DNA from: Laetmonice hystrix
Lineage: Eukaryota
Length of the DNA stretch: 64,000 nucleotides
Direction of reading: 5' to 3'
NCBI GenBank assembly: GCA_965235115.1
Contig: OZ249438.1
Span: 39,556,001-39,620,000 of the forward strand
Shown: piece after piece, positions 1 to 13,300 of the stretch
Numbering within the stretch: the stretch's first letter is position 1
How the letters are laid out: each line of letters starts with the position of its first letter
Program-made: the position numbers and the translations under genes
The notes under the pieces: model-generated
Databases searched by the model: none
Seen by the model: the letters and a program-made list of their open reading frames with translations, nothing else
Told to the model about the DNA's origin: nothing

Positions 1-69
1 TCAGGAACATCATGTTCCAAAAGAACCTGCAAGACCTCCCGACCTACGACCTACTAGAAGCTGCATGGT

Positions 70-429
70 GTTTCTGGTCGGTGTTTCAGGATCAGAAGTT
101 GTGTGACATGACGATGTTTCTGGTTGTTGTTTCAGGATCAGAAGTTGCGTGACATGACGATGTTTTTGGTTGTTGTTTCAGGATCATGACATGACGATGT
201 TTTTGGTTGTTGTTTCAGGATCAGAAGTTGTGTGACATGACGATGTTTCTGGTTGGTGTTTCAGGATCAGAAGTTGCGTGACATGACGATGTTTCTGGTT
301 GTTGTTTCAGGATCAGAAGTTACGTGACATGACGATGTTTCTGGTTGGTGTTTCAGGATCAGAAGTTGCGTGACATGACGATGTTTCTGGTTGGTGTTTC
401 AGGATCAGAAGTTGCGTGACATGACGATG
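70..429 (+). repeat. 46-bp tandem repeat, 8 copies, spanning the splice acceptor and first ~27 nt of exon 403-543
   Basis: tttcag|gatca recurs with the AG ending at 89, 135, 181, 218, 264, 310, 356, 402. Confidence 0.93.
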
Positions 430-543
430 ATGGGGACGCCGGACGTCCCACTCGAGGACAAGATGATCTCCATCGTCTACGGTGCCGACATGGTCAACCT
501 GAGTTATCTTAACTTCGCGTCCACCTCGCGTGATGTAGCCAGT
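403..543 (+). CDS. PLCB: PLCb exon, PH domain ([20 protein letters not shown]...DVAS), phase 0-0
   Basis: tttcag acceptor at 401-402, gtaagt donor at 544, 141 nt. Confidence 0.92.
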
Positions 544-3500
544 GTAAGTATATCTACACTCAGGTCAAGCAAGCAGTGTCTGTCGACTGCTGATTGATAG
601 AAAAGACAAGAGACTTCTCGTTATAACGAACCCATGACCTCTCGAGGAACCAGAATCCAGAATCGGGGGGCGTGGGAAGTACCGTTTGTATCTCAGGGTC
701 TCCATGAAGGCCTTTTTCTCCGATGTCTAGGGATATCATTTATGTCTTTGACTTGATATAGTACCTATGGACCTTGATTCCTCGTTACGAAGTGATACAT
801 CTACCTTTAGTCCTTGACGCTGCCGGAACCAACTTTATTTATTGGGGAAAGGTGGTGTCTGTTCATGAAGCCTTTCAAATCGACGTGATCCTCTTGTACA
901 GTGTCACATTATGTACCCCTGTAATGGCTGCCAGTACAGTGTCACATTATGTACCCCTGTAATGGCTCTCAGTACAGTGTCACATTATGTACCCCTGTAA
1001 TGACTCCCAGTACAGTGTCACATTATGTACCCCTGTAATGGCTCCCAGTACAGTGTCACATTATGTACCCCTGTAATGGCTCCCAGTACAGTGTCACATT
1101 ATCTACCCCTGTAATGGCTCCCAGTACAGTGTCACATTATGTACCCCTGTAATGGCTCCCAGTGCAGTGTCACATTATGTACCCCTGTAATGGCTGCCAG
1201 TACAGTGTCACATTATGTACCCCTGTAATGGCTGCCAGTACAGTGTCACATTATGTACCCCTGTAATGGCTGCCAGTACAGTGTCACATTGTGTACCCCT
1301 GTAATGGCTGCCAGTACAGTGTCACATTATGTACCCCTGTAATGGCTCCCAGTACAGTGTCACATTATGTACCCCTGTAATGGCTGCCAGTACAGTGTCA
1401 CATTATGTACCCCTGTAATGGCTCCTAGTACAGTGTCACATTATGTACCCCTGTAATGGCTCCCAGTTGCCGAATATGCATGATTTCAGTTACAGGTGTA
1501 ATGTAAGTAGAGAGAAAGCAGTCAGACATTCATGTAGCGGATCCAGATGTGGACTATTGTATAAAATCTACATTTGTATGGAGCTATTGGACGTGTGAAT
1601 GTGTCCCAGCCGACCTGTTCTGGCCGTCCTATACCATGTCAGACATTCAATGTGCCCCCATGGGGTGGGATAAACCAGCCAGCACAGGTTGTCAATCCCG
1701 CTCTATGTGTCTGCTCCAGCAACCATTAACCCTGAGTGCACATTTGATAGCAGATACCTCCCAGATCAAAAGGATCATTTCATTGTTCTATAAATCCACA
1801 TTACAGTTTCTTTATAGAAATTCCTGGATATGTAGCAGTACAATATTCGTCAGGTACACGTAGAACTTAAAACCAACCAGGTAAGCCGACAGACACAGAC
1901 TTAACATCATCTCTTCCTCCTTTGCTGTTTAGGAATGGACGGAAAAACTGTTTCGGTATGCAACAAACTTACTGCGGCAGAATGCCTGCCCTCTGGCCTT
2001 CCTGGAGAAATGCCACACCAAGCTGTCGGTGGTCGTCAGCACAGATGGCAAGATTCCCGTCAGAAAGTGAGTCAATACCGTCTTCTGAAAGCCCCGTCTG
2101 CCTCTCAGCTCTCCGAGCTATATTTGAACATCTTGTCTAGCACTCTTAATCTCTGTGCAGATTGAAGCAACTTGTCTAGTTTCAAACCGCAACCTTTTAC
2201 TAGTAGAGAAATTTAAAGCCCTAGAGAAATAGAAGTATTTGATATACCATTTCATCAATTATGCTGTCTTAAGATTATTGTATGTAGTTCTGATCATTGG
2301 AACAATTAAATATTGAAAGGGGTTGTTTTCCGTAATTAGAAATGTTTCTTGTAGTCTGAGATATAACAGAATCCCGTTGTATTGCGGGAACACCACCGAT
2401 ATCATCATTTTGTAATGTGGCACAACAATACGGCTGTCCTTCAGGGGGATAATTTTAACTCTTGATGACGTCATCCTTTGGTAATAATATCAATGTCACC
2501 TACCGGGGCCACCAGACAACTCAATCTTAAAAAAGATCAAGCAACATATAATGCTGAGCACGGGAAACCCCCCTGACGGCTGTTCTTCTGGTTTTTGTTT
2601 CAGTGTGGTCAAAATGTTTGCTCAACACAAAGACGACAAGAAGAGAATCGAGAAGGCGCTGGAGGCCTCCCACCTGCCGTATGGCCGGGTTCGTACTGTA
2701 CGCCAGCTCCAGCCTACTGCTGGTCCGGTACTGTGGACCGGCCAGTCAAATATAACTGTAAAACGTTAAACCATCTCACGCCAGCTCCAGCCTACTGCTG
2801 GTCCGATACCGTGGACTGGCCAGTCAAATATAACTGTAAAACGTTAACCATCTCACGCCAGCTCCAGCCTACTGCTGGTCCGATACCGTGGACTGGCCAG
2901 TCAAATATAACTGTAAAACGTTAAACCATCTCACGCCAGCTCCAGCCTACTGCTGGTCCGATACTGTGGACCGGCCAGTCAAATATAACTGTAAACGTTA
3001 AACCATCTCACGCCAGCTCCAGCCTACTGCTGGTCCGGTATACCGTCGACTGGCCAGTCAAATATAACTGTAAACGTTAAACCATCTCACGCCAGCTCCA
3101 GCCTACTGCTGGTCCGGTATACCGTCGACTGGCCAGTCAAATATAACTGTAAACGTTAACCATCTCACGGCATCTCCAGTCTACAGTAGCTGGGCAATCA
3201 CAGGGGGTTATGTTAGAGTCAGCCCGCCTTATAGTAAGATTTTATTGTGTTCGGTGGATAGTAAAATTAGCCGTGGCGCTGCTCAAGGGTATTATGAAAT
3301 ATTCCACAATCCCGTGCTGTACAGATTACGTGTAGTAATTACTCTGCTCGTCAGACCACCCACTTCCGTTAGAACGGGTCGATTCCGTCCCTCATACGTT
3401 TTGTTTATCTGACTGTTTATGGCGTTTTCTTTGTTCAGAATGATGTGATAAGTCCAAACAAGTTCGTCTTTGAAGATTTCCTGAGGTTCTACCGTCATCT

Positions 3501-6500
3501 TTGTGGTCGGAGTGAAGTGGAGAAAATATTCCATGACCTGTAAGTTCCGGCTATTCCAGCTTCTTTTCTTTCTCCAGCTTTTTGATCTTCTCCTTCCTGT
3601 CCTTCCTCCTCCTCTACCTCCTCCCCTCCTTCCCCTTCCTCTCCTTTCTCCTTCTCCCCCGGCCTTCTCTGTCCTCGTCTTCCCCTACCTCTATTTCTTC
3701 TACTATACATGGAGTATTAATTAAAACGTCCCCAGGCATATTGACTTCTAAATTCAATATCAGTGACAACTCGTATCTGTGACAACTGAAGCCTATTCCA
3801 CAGAGACGAACAGCGTATAGACGGTGGCTGTTGTGGACAGAGTTTTTGTTGTTAGGATACCATCCTATCCCGGCTGTTAGAATCGATCTGAAGCTTCCAA
3901 ACCTTTGTCTCCGAGGACCAGTTTGTTCATCTGGTGCCGTCCACCGAGCTGAGATCACTTTACTTAGAGTCCAATTAGAGGTGGCCACAGACAGCAGACT
4001 TTAGGCCGGTCAGGTAACCAGCTTTCAGTGTTACCGTCTCATGATACCTGCCACCGACTAAATATGACAGCCGTCTGCCAATCTTTGATGGAGACAGACG
4101 CTAGTGTTACTTATATATAACACTGGTCGGGTCAACCCGGGACCCTCGTTCCTCCTGCTTTGTCAGTTTTGGAAATGGAAATACATTGTGCTTATGTTAA
4201 CTGATACTGAGGCTGAGCATACCGGTATTATGGGAAGGGTCCAGTGGGGGTGCAGCACTAACAACGCTCAATGTGGGCGTGGTGTGGCGGCCGAGGGTTG
4301 AGGTAAGATGTGAACCAAGATTTGTGAGACTGTGAGATGAACGCATATATCGTCATATAAAGGAGTCATGACTCTGGCCATCGGATACCTGCGGCTACAG
4401 TAACCTAATATATGTATTATATAAAACCTGAGTGCTATAATACCTCTAAACTCGCACACAGACGGGCGACATTGGAGCATGGCTTGATCACACTCACATG
4501 TACGCACCCGTCGCCTGCTGGTACATGCATCCCGATACTGAGACTCCCGTCCAAACCCTGAACGTGAACAGATAATTCCCGATACTGAGACTCCCGTCCA
4601 AACCGTGAACGTGAACAGATAATTCCCGATACTGAGACTGTCCGTCCAAACCCTGAACGTGAACAGATAATTCCCGATACTGAGACTGCCCGTCCAAACC
4701 CTGAACGTGAACAGATAATTCCCGATACTGAGACTGTCCGTCCAAACCCTGAACGTGAACAGATAATTCCCGATACTGAGACTGTTCGTCCAAACTGTGA
4801 ACCTGAACAGATAATTCCCGATACTGAGACTGTCCGTCCAAACCCTGAACGTGAACAGATAATTCCCGATACTGAGACTGTCGGTCCAAACCCTGAACGT
4901 GAACAGATAATTCCCGGTACTGAGACTGCCCGTCCAAACCCTGAACGTGAACAGATAATTCCTGATACTGAGACTCCCGTCCAAACCCTGAACGTGAACA
5001 GATAATTCCCGATACTGAGACTGCCCGTCCAAACCCTGAACGTGAACAGATAATTCCCGATACTGAGACTGTCCGTCCAAACCGTGAACCTGAACAGATA
5101 ATTCCCGATACTGAGACTGTTCGTCCAAACCCTGAACGTGAACAGATAATTCCTGATACTGAGACTCCCGTCCAAACCCTGAACGTGAACAGATAATTCC
5201 CGATACTGAGACTGTCCGTCCAAACCGTGAACCTGAACAGATAATTCCCGATACTGAGACTGTCGGTCCAAACCCTGAACGTGAACAGATAATTCCCGAT
5301 ACTGAGACTGTTCGTCCAAACCGTGAACCTGAACAGATAATTCCCGATACTGAGACTGTTCGTCCAAACCCTGAACGTGAACAGATAATTCCTGATACTG
5401 AGACTCCCGTCCAAACCCTGAACGTGAACAGATAATTCCCGGTACTGAGACTGCCCGTCCAAACCCTGAACGTGAACAGATAATTCCCGATACTGAGACT
5501 CCCGTCCAAACCCTGAACGTGAACAGATAATTCCCGATACTGAGACTGCCCGTCCAAACCCTGAACGTGAACAGATAATTCCCGATACTGAGACTCCCGT
5601 CCAAACCCTGAACGTGAACAGATAATTCCCGATACTGAGACTGCCCGTCCAAACCCTGAACGTGAACAGATAATTCCCGATACTGAGACTGTCCGTCCAA
5701 ACCCTGAACGTGAACAGATAATTCCCGATACTGAGACTGTCCGTCCAAACCCTGAACGTGAACAGATAATTCCCGATACTGAGACTGTCGGTCCAAACCC
5801 TGAACGTGAACAGATAATTCCCGATACTGAGACTGTCGGTCCAAACCCTGAACGTGAACAGATAATTCCCGATACTGAGACTGCCCGTCCAAACCCTAAA
5901 CGTGAACAGATAATTCCCGATACTGAGACTGTTCGTCCAAACCCTGAACGTGAACAGATAATTCCCGATACTGAGACTGTCCGTCCAAACCCTGAACGTG
6001 AACAGATAATTCCCGATACTGAGACTGCCCGTCCAAACCCTGAACGTGAACAGATAATTCCCGATACTGAGACTGTTCGTCCAAACCCTGAACGTGAACA
6101 GATAATTCCCGATACTGAGACTGTTCGTCCAAACCCTGAACGTGAACAGATAATTCCCGATACTGAGACTGTTCATCCAAACCCTGAACGTGAACAGATA
6201 ATTCCCGATACTGAGACTCCCGTCCAAACCCTGAACGTGAACAGATAATTCCCGATACTGAGACTCCCGTCCAAACCCTGAACGTGAACAGATAATTCCC
6301 GATACTGAGACTCCCGTCCAAACCCTGAACGTGAACAGATAATTCCCGATACTGAGACTGTCCGTCCAAACCCTGAACGTGAACAGATAATTCCCGATAC
6401 TGAGACTCCCGTCCAAACCCTGAACGTGAACAGATAATTCCTGATACTGAGACTCCCGTCCAAACCCTGAACGTGAACAGATAATTCCCGATACTGAGAC

Positions 6501-7303
6501 TGTCGGTCCAAATCCTGAACGTGAACAGATAATTCCCGATACTGAGACTGTCGGTCCAAATCCTGAACGTGAACAGATAATTCCCGATACTGAGACTGTC
6601 GGTCCAAATCCTGAACGTGAACAGATAATTCCCGATACTGAGACTGTCCGTCCAAACCCTGAACGTGAACAGATAATTCCCGATACTGAGACTGTCCGTC
6701 CAAACCGTGAACATGAACAGATAATTCCCTGAACAGATAATTCCCGATACTGAGACTGTCCGTCCAAACCCTGAACGTGAACAGATAATTCAAACTGGTC
6801 ATCAGACTAAACTAAAGTGATTTATGGACACGGAACTTGGGCAGTCAGGTCAGACGGAGCTTTCCAACGAGCCGTCCTTGGAAGAGGTTGTAGTGAGGCC
6901 AGCTCTCTGCCTGCCTGTCTCTCGGCGTCTTCCCTGATGACCTTCCGATGCCGCAGGCCAAGGACTTCCTCCTTTAATCCTCGGCGTCCAAGCTCAGGCC
7001 GGCCTGGCTGAGACAGGAAGGTGTGAACGTGACCAATGAAATATTTACTCAAGGAAGAGAGCAAGAGCCCCCACCCCGTCCCCCACCTACAGGAGGTGTA
7101 GGGAAGGTCGGGAGGCGTTGAGATGGCCACCCCGGGGGACAGGACCAGGGGCCGGGCACAGGGACAGGGGGACAGAGCCGGAGGACAGGGTCAGGGCCGG
7201 GGAGGCAGGACCGGGGACGGGGACAGGGACGACGGACAGTGACAGGACCGGAGGCAGGGGGACAGAGCCGGAGGACAGGGCCAGGGGGCAGGACCAGGGG
7301 CCG

Positions 7304-7336
<33 letters not shown>

Positions 7337-10300
7337 GAACAGAGCCGGAGGACAGGGCCGGGGCCGGGGGCAGGGAGTGAGTGAGTGAGTAAGTAGTTGG
7401 GGTTTAACGCCCCAGGAGACAGGTAAGATGAAAGGTGAGGCTGATGGTAACCAGTCCACACCGGGTCAGCAATCAAACAGGTCCACTACCTTACATCAAG
7501 GTCCGCTATCAAATCTTTCACAGTCACACCGGGTCAGCAATCAAACAGGTCCACTACCTTACATCAAGGTCCGCTATCAAATCTTTCACAGTCACACCGG
7601 GTCAGCAATCAAACAGGTCCACTACCTTACATCAAGGTCCGCTATCAAATCTTTCACAGTCACACCGGGTCAGCAATCAAACAGGTCCACTACCTTACAT
7701 CAAGGTCCGCTATCAAATCTTTCACAGTCACACTGTCACGTATAGGACCTGACTAATATGTTGACTGTTTAGAAAATAGTCCGCATCAGATGAAAATGTT
7801 TAAAGTGAGGACTCGATAGGCAGTGAGGACTAGATAGGCAGTGAGGACTAGATAGGCAGTGATGACTAGATAGGCAGTGAGGACTAGATAGGCAGTGAGG
7901 ACTAGATAGGCAGTGATGACTAGATAGGCAGTGAGGACTAGATAGGCAGTGAGGGCTAGATAGGCAGTGAGGGCTAGATAGGCAGTGAGGACTAGATAGG
8001 CAGTGAGGACTAGATAGGCAGTGAGGACTAGATAGGCAGTGATGATTAGATAGGCAGTGATGACTAGATAGGCAGTGAGGACTAGATAGGCAGTGATGAC
8101 TAGATAGGCAGTGAGGACTAGATAGGCAGTGAGGACTGATAGGCAGTGAGGACTGATAGGCAGTGAGGGCTAGATAGGCAGTGGGGACTAGATAGGCAGT
8201 GGGGACTAGATAGGCAGTGAGGACTAGATAGGCAGTGGGGACTAGATAGGCAGTGAGGACTAGATAGGCAGTGATGACTGATAGGCAGTGAGGACTAGAT
8301 AGGCAGTGATGACTGATAGGCAGTGGGGACTAGATAGGCAGTGAGGACTAGATAGGCAGTGAGGACTAGATAGGCAGTGAGGGCTAGATAGGCAGTGAGG
8401 ACTAGATAGGCAGTGAGGACTAGATAGGCAGTGAGGACTAGATAGGCAGAGGACTAGATAGGCAGTGAGGACTAGATAGGCAGTGAGGACTAGATAGGCA
8501 GTGATGACTAGATAGGCAGTGATGACTAGATAGGCAGTGAGGACTAGATAGGCAGTGAGGACTGATAGGCAGTGAGGGCTAGATAGGCAGTGAGGACTGA
8601 TAGGCAGTGAGGACTAGATAGGCAGTGATGACTAGATAGGCAGTGAGGACTGATAGGCAGTGAGGGCTAGATAGACAGTGAGGGCTAGATAGGCAGTGAG
8701 GGCTAGATAGACAGTGAGGACTAGATAGGCAGTGAGGACTAGATAGGCAGAGGACTAGATAGGCAGTGAGGACTAGATAGGCAGTGAGGACTAGATAGGC
8801 AGTGAGGACTAGATAGGCAGTGATGACTAGATAGGCAGTGATGACTAGATAGGCAGTGAGGACTAGATAGGCAGTGAGGACTAGATAGGCAGTGAGGACT
8901 AGATAGGCAGTGAGGGCTAGATAGGCAGTGAGGGCTAGATAGGCAGTGAGGACTGATAGGCAGTGAGGGCTAGATAGGCAGTGAGGACTGATAGGCAGTG
9001 AGGGCTAGATAGGCAGTGAGGGCTAGATAGGCAGTGAGGGCTAGATAGGCAGTGAGGACTGATAGGCAGTGAGGGCTAGATAGGCAGTGAGGACTAGATA
9101 GGCAGTGAGGGCTAGATAGGCAGTGAGGACTGATAGGCTTGGTACTAGATCTGAATGTCGTACTACTCCGTGTGAATCGAGGCCCACAAAGACCTGCATT
9201 GAACAAGACGGGATTTCCTGTCATTTGACAGATTCTGGGACTTTCTGTGACAGCTTAGCAGCACATATGAGGACGCCATATATTAATACCCATATCGATG
9301 CCCGTCTTCAAAGCCCCCAACCCGGAGTTAATTACGCGATGCCTCTGTGTGGAGCGCGACCCGGATGGTGCCTCCGCCTGATTTCTGTAGTTCCGGCCAA
9401 GATGAGACATTTGGCGATAGCCTGGCCAGAGTACAGATCAGACTACCTGGCTGTCGTTTCTCCATCACTCACCTGTAAGGGGACACCCCATTGTCAAAGA
9501 AAGGTGGCGAGATTAAGCTTCTTGCTAAAGTGCCAGGAGAAAATGGCGACAGTGAGGTGAGAAGAGTGACAGGTTGGATCAGAGGGCCCTGGGACGCCAT
9601 CTTCAAGGCACCACATCTCCAAGACGTCACGTGACGACCGGGCGTTGACGTCCTAATCCCAGACAGGCCGCCCGGCCTCATACACACACACAACGCTACA
9701 ACAGGCATGTAGGCGCAGGGGTCGGAACCCCAACTCCTAAAATGGGCGGCTTCCTATCTATCGTGGCATCGAACAAGGTCTTGACACCTTCGGTCTTATA
9801 ACAGGGAATAATGCGGACCAATGGAATTAGCCCTAATGGTGTCAATTATCCCGAATTATAACCCAATTTATTCCAACAATATCATGTTGGGATTAGGTGC
9901 GAGGAATAGGCGCACGGGGGGATGTTAAGTTCTTAAAGGTCTTTCATAAGGAAAAGACTGGAACAATGTGACACAGCTATAAACTGGGGATACCTCTATC
10001 TGCCCAGGATAAATGGTAAAAATATCCATATTAATCACCAGATACCTCAGGTGTTTATACGCCATGGGTTGATATATCTCTGAGGTGTTCACGACCTTCC
10101 TCCTTATGATCTATGTGTCGGATGTCTTGTTGATACCAGGTGTTAAATAAGATATTTGGTAGAAAGGTCACGTGTTGGGCCAGAAGGCGGCGGCAGGCCC
10201 ATCCCGGAAGCATGTATGTGTCAGTGTGTGGAGATAAAGGGCCTGCAGACATAATGGATTTCTATCACGTTCCTTGTCTTTGATGGATGTGGATTCAGGG

Positions 10301-13300
10301 CGAGTAGGGAGGACAATCGCTCGTCGGTAACAATAGACATACATAATAATAAACGCAGGCACGCAAATCGAGCTTGGTGTTTTAGAATAAAGGGATCGTT
10401 TCAGAGTAGTGACTCGCACAGGAAAGTCTGTCAAACTCTTCATTATATACTACTTAGGAGAGTGCTTTAAGATCTGAAAGGATCTCCTCGTAAGAGCTCG
10501 AATATCGGGACTAAGTTGTAGGGCGGAGGATTTGACGAGGTGTGTGTACACGCAGTGAAACATCTGCCGTGCGGAGGGATTACTTCCCTTTCTTTGACGA
10601 CTAAAACTACCTTATTCTGCTCCTGTGTTCTATTTCTACTGCTACGCCCAGACGTTCATTGCGGTGTTTGAGCTAAACGGTCATTGAGGGTCATAATCTG
10701 AGGTACTGTTTATCTCTGAGTCGGCTTGAGGTCTGGCTTGTACATACGTATATTACAGTGTTGTATGACTTGCATCCTGCCAAATAGGCCTTGAATATAA
10801 CTAGCTGATTAAGAGATAGTTCTGTTTACTCAGAACAGAATGAACCGAGCCATTTTAACCATTTATTTCAATAACTTTCGTTAACGTAGGGTCATTGCAA
10901 ACAGGCTGTTGCGAATGCATGGACATTTGATAGACAATTTGTGTTTGTAAATAATTTGTCATAATTTGTAATTTTCTAGTGGTGCCAAGAAGAAGCCGTA
11001 CCTGACAGCTGAACAGTTCTGTGAGTTCCTTAACTCGGAGCAGCGTGATCCACGACTGAATGAGATCTTATACCCATACTATGACGTGAAGCGATCGCAG
11101 GCAATCATTGACCAGTTCGAGTCGAATCGTAACCTCGTCAATAAAGGTGAGTAAGTGCCACGTACTGAGGGTCAGCCGGGGCGGGTGTACATCGATTATG
11201 ACAGGCCATGGGTCTGCTGTAAACGGTCCGCGAATGGTTCTATACACCATGAAATCTAAGGACAGTTTGACTGATCTAAAAGATTTGTGTGCCTAATACC
11301 GCCTCCTTCCGCTGGTAGCTAAGGTTTTCTGGTTTAAATATTCTGGGACTAATCTGCTCACGATCTTACAATCTGCAACGCCCAATAAAAATCGCCATCT
11401 TAATATATTTGTAATTGATAAGTTATTGTTGGTAAGTTCAGTAAATAAGAGCTCAACCCAAGTTCTTAGATCTCTGTTTCTTCTAATGAACGACTCCCAT
11501 CGTTCCCATCCCCCAAGAAGAAAAGAGATCCCTATTAAAAAGATCTTGTCGATTCAGTATAACATTGACGGTCGATGCAGTGCTGACACCTGGAGGCAAT
11601 GGTATGACAGAGTAGTTCATAATGATGCCACCAGGAAGCAGCACTGGCGGCGTGTTGGTCTCTGACGTTGTGCTGGTGGTGAATTTTAACCACTGATAAT
11701 GGTACCGAGTACACCACCAACTGTTCCAACCGATAGATACGAGTGGGTACAGTAATTATCGGGCTTGGCTCGACCCGCAGACAGTGCACACATTATTAGA
11801 TCTAGTTTTCAATCATCTGATCCACTACAGGACGTAGTACTGTAATAGGCTATATTGCAAATGCAACTGTGGAATAATTATAATGGTTTAATAGTTGCAA
11901 TTCAAGAAATCATGAGCAAGAAATGGTTATGTGAAAGAATTGCAATGCATCCTCGGTAAGAGATGGTACATAAAGTGTCAACCTGAATGGAAGTAATGAA
12001 TGCGAGGTAAACGTTAGTCAGTGAGTCTAGGGTTAACATGAAACGTTAGTCAGTGAGTCTAGGGTTAACATGAAACGTTAGTCAGTGAGTCTAGGGTTAA
12101 CATGAAACGTTAGTCAGTGAGTCTAGGGTTAACATGAAACGTTAGTCAGTGAGTCTAGGGTTAACATGAAACGTTAGTCAGTGAGTCTAGGGTTAACATG
12201 AAACGTTAGTCAGTGAGTCTAGGGTTAACATGAAACGTTAGTCAGTGAGTCTAGGGTTAACATGAAACGTTAGTCAGTGAGTCTAGGGTTAACATGAAAC
12301 GTTAGTCAGTGAGTCTAGGGTTAACATAAAACGTTAGTCAGTGAGTCTAGGGTTAACATGAAACGTTAGTCAGTGAGTCTAGGGTTAACATGAAACGTTA
12401 GAAGGTGTGAAGAAACAGTCTGAAGAAAGACTTAACGTGGATGCGATGCTGGTTTCATTTCCTCATGCTCTCCCTAACACAGTCCCTGCAGGTAAACATC
12501 TGAAAGCGGTTGCACTCATTTTCTTCATCCTCTTATTATGATTTGTGTATAGAAAAGTGATTATTTGATAGCTCCATGGTTAGATGTCACCATATTTCAT
12601 CATTGATCAACACACAGTCTCATCCCAAATTTGTTGCATTTGATTGGAAAGTAAGAAGTATAAGTGACTAAACCGTAACACAAAGAAAAATATAGCGAGT
12701 GCAGAGTTTGGTCGACATAACATGTGGATGGCAGCAAGAGTTATTTTACATTTAGCTTTTTGAAAACTTTCACATGTTAAACAACTACAAACGGATGGAA
12801 AAATAAACCGATGGTGTGACAAGGTACGGGGGATTGTTGATTGGTCCATGTTGGAGATGTGGCATCTAGACTGAGAGTGATGCTACTACATGTAGTGGTG
12901 GGGCTCGTGGTGGTGGTGGTGGTGGTGGTTACAGTGGTGGTGGTGGTTACAGTGGTGTGTCAGGGTGCGGGTGGTGCAGTCACGTGTCGCGTACAGTGTC
13001 GTTGACAGTGTCCTAGTACCTTGTCTATTGTTTTGTCTCCACAGAGTCGGATGTCCCCCCAGGTAGGCCATCCTAGTCCTGCACACTGTCTGTGTATGCT
13101 CCCTCATACTATTTCATCTGCTGCGACATCAACAACAAAAACAACCCACTTTACCGTTTTCTTCATTTCAAGTATTCTAGTACTCGCGGGAACTATGCTC
13201 ACTTGTGTTTAATACTCGGCATCGTTACCAAATCTTTCTTGCTGTAAATGTACGTACAGCTGTGTTATTCATTTCCTTTTCAGTCCAGGCCAGAACTTCC

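Noticed and set aside
1476-1508. tgcatgatttcag|ttacag|gtgtaat|gtaagt as a tiny exon
   Set aside because: The options are 13 or 7 nt (frameshift) or 6 nt with a poor donor.
3560-3990. Minus-strand Glu/Arg/Lys-rich reading frames (ORFs 3495-3710 and 3614-3988)
   Set aside because: Purine-rich low-complexity tract interrupted by stops, overlapping a PLCb donor; no convincing splice sites or homology.
4268-6802. Long minus-strand ORFs up to 757 aa
   Set aside because: Translation of a 48/46-bp minisatellite; the same peptides recur in all frames.
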